DNA of 64,000 nt from Takakia lepidozioides. Its lineage: Eukaryota > Plantae > Bryophyta. This document shows, in pieces, positions 30,801 through 40,726 of the stretch; position 1 is the stretch's first letter, and each line of letters opens with the position of its first letter. The notes below the pieces were generated by a model, which did not search any database, had not been told where the DNA came from, and saw only the letters and a list, made by a program, of their open reading frames with translations. The stretch lies in the NCBI GenBank assembly GCA_030704615.1, contig CM060733.1:8804001-8868000 (forward strand), read 5' to 3'. The translations under genes were made by a program, and so were the position numbers.

Positions 30801-33743
30801 AGTCTTGTCATTGACAAAATGACGTCGCTGAGCCCAATTCTGAATAGTGGAAGGCAACCCAAGGAGAAAATACATTTTAACCATACGATCCTTTTCTGCC
30901 GGGTCTATGATATTTTCAACAGCAGCAAATTTAAGATCCATGTAATACTTCCACAAGGATTCCCCAGGTTGGTAAGTCCTAGCTGAAAGCTTGGTAAAGC
31001 AATCCAGAGGCCTCTGAGGAGGTTTGAACAAGGTCTTTGCCCATTCCACCAGAGTTGCCCAGTTGATGCTGGGATCATCCATGACAGCTACATGCAGTAA
31101 GTCACGAGCTGGTCCCTTCATGCTCATCCTAAAGATCGTCATCTTGAAATTCTCAGGCACTCCATTGACACTAGCAATGACTTCAAACATCTGAAGATAT
31201 CTATCAAAGTCTTCTCCCATGGTATATTCTGGGTAAGGTTGAGTGGTCATCAAATGACACGGCAGGCTATGGTTGATGTGACCAGGGAGGACAGACCCAT
31301 GAGCAGGGCAACAGGGAATTATGGGAGCAACACTACCATGCACATATCCAACATTAGATGCAGAATTATAACTCATACTATTATTGCTGGCTGATCCTGT
31401 AGCAGCTGAAGCTGACAGACGTGACGCCACCGTGCCCATGGGGAGAGCAGGTGTTGCCACACTTGGCTGAGCAGCAGGGTTAGTCGACTGTAAGTGGGTT
31501 TGTGGCATTCCACTCATGGGAATAGTGGATGCCACTCCCATCGGTTGTGTTGATACAGATCTGGCTAGAGACAAGGTGTGGTGGCACCCCAGTCTGTGGA
31601 GCAGGGAGAGCCCCCACTGATTGGTCTGCGAAGGCAGGAGTCGGAGCAGCAGACACACTAGAGGGCCCTTGCATCATGACACTCCCACCTTGAACAACAC
31701 CATGCACGTTCAACACAGGAAGACTACCCACATGCATACCTGAATTTACAGGCAACAAATTCCCTCCCCCGAGAGTGTGACTAGGGAAATTCACAACAGA
31801 CAACACACTAGGACTCAAGTTAGCAACCTGGGCCGGCATACTGCTCGTAGTAGCCCAGACATCCAAACCAGACCCTTCGACCCCCTGAACATGAATAGGA
31901 TGGGAGGGCAGACCGCTTAATTCCCGAGCCAACGTAGGCTCGGTCCGTCTAGCCACCAAGGCCTCATCACGCCGATCATAAACAGAAAGGCCCTCAAGGG
32001 TGGCTATCCCAGACCCTTCATCAGTCAATGTAATACCAGTTGGGGACTCTACAACTGCTCCCATCGTCCCAGCATTCAAAAATCCATCATCATTCACCAT
32101 GAAATTACCTGCCTACAGGTTGTCCGATCCCTCATTCACTTCTACTACATTTTCGACCAGCGGCTCTCCTGAATTATTCATGGACCTCTGTCTTCCGGAT
32201 CTCAACCAAATAGTTATAGAATCACCTAGCATACAAGAAACGAGGTTGGATTGCAGGCATAACTTTTAAGCAGTACGGATATGGAGCGTGGGCCGAGCAC
32301 TTGGCGAGCTGTCTTCTGGAACCCAAGTGGAACAATACACCACCCTCAGCACCTTGTGTGACTGTAACTCGTAGATCCCCAACGCCAGCCACTCCCAACC
32401 GTCAGCTCCTTTGAGCCAAAAACCAATGCGGGTGGTGTCACCCTCACTCCAGGTGCGCGAAAGCATAGTCAGGTTTGAACAGTCACTCAATCTCTCAAAC
32501 GCACTCGGGCCAACCACTCATTGTGAAGCAAAGGTAGTATCCACACCCAAGACCACTAGATCAGACGACTGCACTATCAAGGCCCCACCCTTCAGACCAT
32601 CAATTAACTGTGAATAAGTAGGTGCCAAGGCGAAGGGCCGGAGCTGAAACCGCAGTGCCCTCAAGACCAAAGCCCCTGTGCCTTGTAACATTAACGACAA
32701 CCAACTTCGCCCTACCACACCAGGGCCATGATGAAGCTCCGCACTTCGAACACCAGAAAGAGGTAAATCCAAGCCAACTTCCAACTAGGTCAATTCACGA
32801 TGGTGCAGAAAACGCGACTTGATCGTCCTGGACGGTAGACGCTCTTCGTTGTGTAGCTCAAATTCGCGTTTAGCAAGCTGTTTGGCTCTGGATATCACCA
32901 CACCAGGCTCAAGCAAAGGTCGCGTGAACAGGGCCTCGTGATGACTGGTTAGTGCAGCAAGATCACCTCCGACAGCTCTCTCTAAACGCTCAAACCAAAG
33001 CTGATCTTCGTCACATATCTCACACAACAGATCATCCACTTCCTACGACAACTCAATATCTCTCTCTAACTCTGCTATTTGCTGCCTACTTTCGAAATAT
33101 TCAGGGTCTGGATCCACAAAGTTGTCAAAATTATAGTATTCCGGGTCACAGCTATCTAGAGAGCTGTCAGACTTCTCAAACCTTGGCGACCATGCCTCTG
33201 CCTCCCCCAGATCATCATAATCACTACCACCAGGAGAACCCAATGAAACAACAAGGGCTGGAACGCAAGCAGCAGGCTCAGGAAGTGACGACGCTGGCAA
33301 GGCAACACTGCCAGGCCGCGCGCTGTTGGTAGTGTTAGCAACAGCAAGAACGTCAGCAGGGTGAGAAACAATGGGAGGAGCAACAATAACAACACCAGCA
33401 GAATGAGAAGCGGCAGTAGGGTCAGCCTCTACACTAGGATTAGATTCAACAGCAAGTGCCACGCTAATCTGAAGAAATAGGCTCTCCCCCTCTCTGGGAG
33501 CTACACAAGACAAGTCACGAACAGTAGCCATCCCCTGCAATCATACCCCAACGCACATCATGAGACAGCAAAATCACCGTAGCAGGAGAAAATATGGCAA
33601 AGCGAGGAGCCGCCATTGATAACACGCATTAGCGAACCACTTAGGCAGTAGGATGTAGAGCAGATCCCGCAAAAAGACCTAACTGATCCTGACAGCGCGG
33701 GCAGGATCCACCAACGCCTAGAGTACCCGGCTTCTCTCCACCA
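27868..33743 (-). mobile_element. Gypsy element A, 5' internal part (gag, protease, dUTPase-like linker, RT, RNase H), degenerate
   Basis: gag ORFs 30531-32100; protease remnant CVVDT* near 30160; RT with CIDFRKLN, DLASGFWQ, YVDD (28268-29941); RNase H with TDASD, TDHLSL, RLARW (27868-28240). Confidence 0.9.
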
Positions 33744-34203
33744 TAAAACAAGCCTGAAGCATATACTTTTTTCCTCTCAAGAAGCAAGGTTGCACAACAA
33801 AGGGGCGAGCGGAAAGAGCAAGCAACACGCGAGATGAGGATCAAACACACGAATCAGGCACTAAGCAGCTCTCATCCAAAGCTTATACACCAAAATCACA
33901 TATACACTAACACCCGAGTACACCGCCCTGACCTTGTGTCAGGGCGCTATCTTTATACAAAAAGCCCTAGCCGTAGTGGCCCGCCGCGTGGCGAGGCATC
34001 ACAGGCCAAAGCCCACGGCGCTGTCTTGTGGCCCTAGATCTGATGAAGGGCCAGGATCGAGCCACCTACAAAAACTAACCCTAACCTAGATATCATTGTA
34101 ACGGTTTAACGGCTTCATACACCAAAAAAATATACTATGGATGTGTATCGCCGTTTTGGATGAAACGGGCTATTTTCAGGCTAAGCAAATATGGGGCTTT
34201 ACA
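33744..34203 (-). repeat. Gypsy A 5' LTR part (B'), followed by tRNA-type PBS TGGTGGAGAG; TSD AGCT at 34204-34207
   Basis: Reverse complement of 53008-53462 (roughly 95% identical by eye); starts TGTAAAGCC, ends GGCTTGTTTTA directly before TGG. Confidence 0.9.
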
Positions 34204-34690
34204 AGCTCGTGACACTTGGTCACATCTCCTCAGCCAATGTACGCACCCGATCATACATGGGCTTCATATCACGCGACACATCCAAGCAATCTGGCATCTC
34301 CATAAGCTCTTTCTAAACCGTTTTGAAACCAGATGGTTCTCGCTCATAAACGCTGGTACCTACCAAGGTCGACCACCCGACCACACTGTGCCACCCTGGC
34401 TGCTACCATGCATATGTACCCGATTACCATGCTCATGCCCTGCTAGGCTTTGCCTGGATATAATCCTTGTACAAGGCCTACCCATTAACACCCTACCCCC
34501 CACCTCACCATCTCCACAATTCACCATTCATTTCATTGAATTCACATTTTGCCACGATCGTTACCCCAATGACTCGATTTTAGAAAAATGTCAAAAATAT
34601 GCCCCGCTTATCCTTGCAATCCGAAAACTGGCCCATTAACCGTCATCACCGCCGGTACTTGAGGCGACATTCAATGACATACATGATAAC
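34204..34690 (+). mobile_element. RLE-type LINE C-terminal segment (CCHC knuckle half plus restriction-like endonuclease), inverted relative to the rest of the LINE
   Basis: ARDTWSHLLSQC completes YCPLCSTTHQ from the minus strand at 53473; RLCLDIIL...HFIEFTF...EKCQKY resembles the PD-(D/E)xK / KxxKY motif. Confidence 0.75.
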
Positions 34691-34814
34691 TTCAAAATGT
34701 TGTGATTCGGCTGCTGCACTCCGGTGTGACTATTGGCTTGAGCCTCAAGGCCTGATTTGGCTGTCCATGAGTAGTAACAAATGAGGTGAAGGTATCCCTG
34801 GCTGGAGATCATAG

Positions 34815-35430
34815 GTGCAGGCACTCCAGGCCACCTTCTCTAAAACCCATTGTCTACCTCTTATGTGCAGTGCAGTCATGGATGATCAGCTACATGTTGC
34901 GCTACTCCAGCGATGCCAATCAGGGCGTTCGCCAACTGGCCTTTCCGAGTCCTTGCGTAAACAAATTCTCTATCATGCGTCTACTCACCGTTTTATGGGT
35001 GATAAGCTTTTCAAGGAGTTCACTAGAGGGGGAGTGCCATGCTACTTGGAGGTGCCACCACGGAGCCAACTAAATGTTTTATTGGAGCGTTTCCATTGTT
35101 CCTTGTATGTAGGTCACCTTGGTATCAAGAAAACTGTGGCCCGCATCCAAGAGGTATACTATTGGCTGGGAATTCACCGCGACGTTACCGAGTTCATCTC
35201 TAAGTGTGAAGGTTGTCGTGCTAACATTGCTCTCCCTAGGGCCCGGATCTTGTATGTGAAGCTACCTTTGTGTTGCTACCGACTACTTGACTAAGTGGGT
35301 AGAAGTCCGGCCTTTGCGTTCCCAAGGCTAGTGATGTTGTAGCTGAGTTCTTCTTCAATGAGATCCTTATGCGGCATGGGTGTCCTCGGGAGATACTAAC
35401 GGATTAGGGCAAGGAGTTTTGTAACCAGCT
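34815..35430 (+). mobile_element. Gypsy A integrase, N-terminal part (HHCC zinc finger and start of core)
   Basis: HCSLYVGHLGIKKT...YYW...CEGC; HGCPREILTD*GKEFCNQL joins in frame to LTVICFNFGVKH at 47430. Confidence 0.88.
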
Positions 35431-35943
35431 TGTCGTGCGCATACGTATCGCTACACAACTACATCGCTGTCCAAACCACACCACACATATATGCACAATA
35501 AAGTAGTCTGCCAAAAAGACACACACTCTCAACACAAGAAATATGAAATCCATCGCTATCACTCTTTAAAAATAGAAGTCGAGCCAGGGGCACCCCAAGC
35601 TATGGGGACTCCACCCCACAACAACCTACACTCCCATCATAAGCACACTCAGATCTAAACGCATGAAGGAGCTCGGTCGCGCAGGCTCAACTCGAGAGAG
35701 ATGAGCTGCGCGACTGCCGCCCTCGTGAAGATAAGACGGGTCAGGTATCAAACTAAACTTGACACCTGATTTAACACTTGACCTAAATCCAAGTGTTAAA
35801 TACAAATAACTAGCTTTATTCTAGCTAGTTTCACACTGTGCTTATTTAACTTGACAGCTGTCGTGCGCATACGTATCGCTACACAACTACATCGCTGTCC
35901 AAACCACACCACACATATATGCACAATAAAGTAGTTTGCCACA
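35431..35943 (-). repeat. Element B 3' terminal block: A (35431-35512) + B (35513-35856) + gc + A (35859-35943), preceded on the sense strand by PPT AGGGGGGCGAT
   Basis: The A copies differ by 1 nt; the B copy matches 47082-47425 with 2 mismatches in 344 bp; palindrome GACAGCTGTC at 35853-35862. Confidence 0.93.
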
Positions 35944-36203
35944 ATCGCCCCCCTAGCTGGTGGATAGGTCCCTCTAACTCCAGATAGCTACAAGATGTAA
36001 TAGCCATAGCCATACTAAGTCCTCTATCACTGTCCCTATCGTGCTCAAACTCTATCAACCAAGAGGCCGGGTACAAGAGTAGCCCCATCGTTAGTCGCCG
36101 TCTTGCAATCTGTGAACTTGAGCCAAGATCTCGTGTGTTCAAGGTCTCCTAGTAGCTTGGCCTTGCATTTCTTGTTAACCTTCCATGGTTGTATCCACTC
36201 CCA

Positions 36204-37703
36204 TTATCCAATGCAATGTGGACATAACCAATCCCCATCCGGAACCATCTCAAGAGGTGGAGTCAAGCATCCCATATGCCAACTTCTAGAGCATCGATCA
36301 CACACCAGCATGGTGGCTGCCTCTTTAGCAGACCCACACAACATGCACCTCAAACCTGCAGATACCACTGCCAGGTTTGGGTCAATCCTGCCATCGACAT
36401 TCGGAAGGTGACGTGGCGCACAATTACGCACATGGTCCTTCCAAGTTATGCCATCCCGACCCTCCAAGACCAAGACACCTGAGGGCAAGACCTCTCGAAC
36501 CCTCAAAATAACACGTCCTGCAGTCACATCCAAGGTCGTAGGAGCAGTCTGCTGCAGATAGACATAGTCACTAGGGTTGAATCTCCGAACCCCAGGACGA
36601 TAGCCCCCACCACGTATGGTAGCATACCTCAACGTATCACGGTGTTGTGCAATGGCAAGGTTCTCGAAAGCCATGGGCATGACTTTCTTGAACAACTCTG
36701 CACGCTGCTCACATGCACGTGCCTACACGTCCGGATCGTCAAGATTAAGAACTGTAGCAGCTTCTCTGCGAATGGATGTAGGCAAATCCGGCTCTCGGCC
36801 AAAGAGAAGAAAGTATGGTGAGAAGGAGGCAAGTGATGCTTGCTTGCTGAACCTGTAGCCCATGGCTAACCAGGGTAACTGAAGGTCCCAATCTCCTAGG
36901 TGTCCCTTCTACAAGCCATACTTGCACAAACCCCTTTTTACTGTCTGAACAACTCTCTCTGCCAAGCCATCGGCCTCAGGATGATCCCGAGAAGTGGTGC
37001 GGTGGTCTATCAAGGCCTTGTCACACAAAGCCTGAAACTCCCCCAAGAACTCTCTCCCTTGGTCCGTGAGTACCTCAGCTGGAGCACCGAATCAGCTAAG
37101 CACACAATCCAAGAATGCATACGCAGCTCCCTCACTAGCCTTATCAGGCAATGGAACCAATTCAATCCACTTGGAGAAGTGCTCCACCATCACCAACACG
37201 TACTTGTTGTGGCGCATGGTCAGTGACAACGGCCCTGCGAAGTCAAGACTCCACCTGTAGCCCAATCCCATGATCGGAAGAGGGTGCAATTGTGGAGTAG
37301 GGGCGTTGAATGAAGCACGCACCCTGTCACACACCATGCACCTAGCCACAAATTGTTGCACCTCTGTGTGCATACCACGCCACCAATAATGCCCCTGCAG
37401 TAGACTATGAGTGCGTCGCACCCCAAAATGCCCCAACTCCTCATGGGCATGCCGCACTAACCGTGCCCGCTGTGTTGGGTGAGGCACAATCCTCACTCGA
37501 CCATCCTCCCACACTCGGAGCAGGTGTATCCCCTCCCACTTGAACCTCTTGGCTCGTTGTAGGATCCGATCCCTCTCCTTGGCAGTGGCTGCAGTGTCTC
37601 CAGTGCGGAGGTAGTCCAACACAACTGAATCCTCATGTATATCTTTGGCGCCACCTTGCTCATTGCTGGCCTCAGGGTCCTCAGACACTTGATCTACAGT
37701 CAT
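36204..37703 (-). pseudogene. Element B integrase (HHCC, DDE) with C-terminal PHD finger; in-frame stops
   Basis: HEELGHFG..CMVC; SLDFAG / LTDQGREF / GLAERVV; PHD CMLC..CDRC..WHMGCLTPPL..VPDGDWLCPHC at ~36207-36350. Confidence 0.92.
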
Positions 37704-37721
37704 CCCTGTTGCAGGTCCAAC

Positions 37722-39331
37722 CTAGCCTTCCGCTGCCAAGATACACAGAAATGCAGATGCATGCCATCCGGGCACCATCTCCTCGTCCGTCTCACCATGC
37801 CACCGAGCTCCAGTGTCATCCTGCTGGCTCGTGCATGGATTGCGACTCAACCCATCTGCATTGCGATTGACCAAACCCGGTCGATGCACCACCTGAAAGT
37901 CATACTCTTGAAGGATGAGTGCCCACCGTGCAAGCTTCCCCGTAAGCTTGTCTGACTCCATCAACCACTTGAGTGGTTGGTGATCCGTGACAAGGGTGAA
38001 GAGATTGCCGTATAGATAGCACCTGAAGTGTGCCACGGCCCACACTGCAGCTAAGCATTCTCCCTCATATGAGCTATACTTAGACTCTGCAGCATTGTTC
38101 GAGCGGCTAGCATAAGCCACTACGAACTCTCTTCCCTCATCATCCACCTGTGTGAGCACTGCTCCAAGCCCCAGCATGCTCCAATCTGTATGCAGCTGAA
38201 AAGGACGCCCCCTGATAGGTCGTCTCAAGATGGGCGCCGAGGTCAACCTCGCCTTGAGCTCTTGAAAAGCTTGTTCTTGCTCATCTTCCCACTTCCACTC
38301 CTGGTCCACCTTGGTCAGCTTGGTTAAGCCTTTGCAATGGCACTAAATCCCTTAACAAACCGTCTGTAATAGTTTGCTAACCCCATGAAAGCTCGAACTC
38401 GGCTCACATCCGTGGGGCGTGGAACCTGTGCAATGGACTCTACCTTAGTCTGTTGTACCCCCAATCATTCAGGATATATCATGTGACCCAGATACTCAAT
38501 CTGGTTGTGGAAAAACTTGCACTTGCCCGGATGTAACTTCAATCCGTGCGTCCTCAAGCGCTCAAATATCCCCTGAAGGTGTCTCTCATGCTCCTCCACC
38601 GTAGCACTAAAGATGATGATGTCATCTATGTAGCACCGAGCAAACTCCACCCCTGCTAGAATCCTGTCCATGACTCTTTGAAACTCAGCGGGAGCGTTTT
38701 TAAGCCCAAATGGTAAGAACCGCCACTGGTATAGGCAATCCTTCCCGTGCTCATTGATCCCCCAGAATGCCGTCTTTTGCTTATCCGCCTCCTTGATCGG
38801 CAACTGGTGATATCCGGATCGTAAATCCAACGTGCTAAAGACCTTGGAATGCCCAATGGCATCAAAGATCTCCTCTAGTGTCGGCATGGCATACCTATCG
38901 GACTTGGTCTGACGATTTACAGGCCGGTAATCACCGCACATACGTCTCTCCGTCCAATTGCCATAGACATCCTTCTTGGCTGGCATCATTGTGGCTGAAG
39001 CATACTCTGCATCAGAGAGCTCCACCAAACCTGCCTCCCAAAGATTTTGAGTTCTGATCTGAATCAAGGACCTCTCCATGTCACTGTATCTATAGGGTCT
39101 CCGAAAGATTGGCGTGTTAGTGGCCAATTCAATGCGAATCTCTTGACCCTTCAGTGCTCCCAAGTCTTTTAAACTGAAGGCAAAGCAATTCCTATAAGCC
39201 CTCAGGAACCGCCGTATACGTTGTCTCTCTCCTCCGGTGACAATGGGTCCAATGTCAGGCTCCCAATTGTCCTCCGTAACTGCAACCTTAAGTCCAGTGG
39301 GCTTAGAGGTAGAGGACGCGTCCCGTGGTTG
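37722..39331 (-). pseudogene. Element B reverse transcriptase and RNase H
   Basis: CGDYRPVN, DLRSGYHQ, PFGLKNAP, YIDD, TDWS, YSSYEGECLA, TDHQPL, NADGLSR. Confidence 0.93.
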
Positions 39332-40708
39332 CTATGCTGCAACCTCTTGAGCAGTACTCCCTTCCTGCTCAGTCAATGACAAGGCCTCATCCTGCCCCAT
39401 CATCTCATCATTAAGAACCTCCTCATCCCGAGAAGAATCCCCAACCTCATCCATCACAGCTGCCTTGGCTGCCAACTCCCTCTGAACCTCGAGTACCTCC
39501 CACGTGTGCCATGGATGTCTACACCCCGTGGTCCTCACCGGCTCGCCCCCACTCGCTGCCTGTACCGTCTCGGTAGGCAGAGAGACCGTCAAGGGAAGTG
39601 CACTCCGCACTCTACGTTGCTCAGCCATAGCCAAGCTGATAATCCAGGTCAAGCAATTGAGATCCATTGCTTGCCCCAACACCTGACGACGTGATGCCTC
39701 AGAAAGAGAAGGCACCGCTGTGGTCCCAGTGGAAAACCCCATAGCCCGCTCTCGCTCGTCGGCATTAGGCTCCACTAACTGTTGCATCTGAGCATCCCAT
39801 AGGAGGCCAGGTCCACCATCCCGAAAAGCATGGGATCCTGGGAAGCTGAGCAGTGTAGGTAATGCTGCTCGTGGTTGACCCACCCTGTTGACCACTGCCA
39901 AAGGCGAACGGTCATCGTGTCTCACACGTTGAGACTGCCTCCCTGTGTCCAAAATGCTGTCCACTATGAGGTGTGTTGGCCGCGGCACCCCATCAAATGC
40001 ACGCTTGAGCAGTGCGGGTGGCATCAAGTTAATCCACCATAGCCGTGGACGATGAGCCCGTGATCCCACTGCAGCTGCATCCAGCAGCACTGCTGACCCA
40101 AGCCACGACCGGACTTGATGCACACTGGCCATCACCCTGGCCCGAGAATCGCCCATCAGTGGCACATTCTCCAAGATGTATGCTGGTGATACAGCTTGAT
40201 GAAGCTGCAAGTGGCGCAAAATCCGCACCATCTCCCAAAACAGACCTGTCCTCGAGTCTCGCAATCCATTGCCATGCCCGGCTGATGAATGCCCTTGGCA
40301 GGGCCAACCTGCCACTACCAGATCAATGGAGCCAACCTGCTCCAAATCCGGCGCCCCCAGCAACGAAATGTCTGCTGGCAAGGCTTGTTGGTATCCACGA
40401 ACTGCAGACACTGGCAACAAAACAGGGTACTGCTGTACCAACTGAGCAACATGGCGCAGTGAGACGCGTCGTGCAGTCTCATCCCTCTCCACATACAGGT
40501 AACGCCTTACCCGCACACCTGCCTGTAGCACAGCAGCCAATCCGGTGCTGATCCCGCCAAACAAGTCCAGAAGGCAAATGCCTTCATCCGGATACTGCCA
40601 CACAATAGGTGTGGTATCCAATGGTGACAACTGAGGTGGTTCTGGTGCAATACCCGCACTCTCCTCCTCTCCTGACGGTACAAAATCCTCTACCCGGGCT
40701 TGTTGCAC
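39332..40708 (-). CDS. DNMT3-like C5 cytosine methyltransferase domain inside element B pol
   Basis: Motif I LLDLFGGISTG, IV GWPCQGHS, VI ILENV, VIII AHRPRLWWINL, IX ERERAMGF, X RQVLGQAM, in unpermuted order; same frame as the protease and RT ORFs, separated from each only by a single TAG. Confidence 0.92.
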   Translation of the reverse strand: MQQARVEDFVPSGEEESAGIAPEPPQLSPLDTTPIVWQYPDEGICLLDLFGGISTGLAAVLQAGVRVRRYLYVERDETARRVSLRHVAQLVQQYPVLLPVSAVRGYQQALPADISLLGAPDLEQVGSIDLVVAGWPCQGHSSAGHGNGLRDSRTGLFWEMVRILRHLQLHQAVSPAYILENVPLMGDSRARVMASVHQVRSWLGSAVLLDAAAVGSRAHRPRLWWINLMPPALLKRAFDGVPRPTHLIVDSILDTGRQSQRVRHDDRSPLAVVNRVGQPRAALPTLLSFPGSHAFRDGGPGLLWDAQMQQLVEPNADERERAMGFSTGTTAVPSLSEASRRQVLGQAMDLNCLTWIISLAMAEQRRVRSALPLTVSLPTETVQAASGGEPVRTTGCRHPWHTWEVLEVQRELAAKAAVMDEVGDSSRDEEVLNDEMMGQDEALSLTEQEGSTAQEVAA

Positions 40709-40726
40709 CCGTCGATCAACAACCTG

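Noticed and set aside
35427-35430. Strict AGCT target specificity (two of three TSDs, and the centre of the att palindrome)
   Set aside because: The third TSD is TTGC and three sites are too few.
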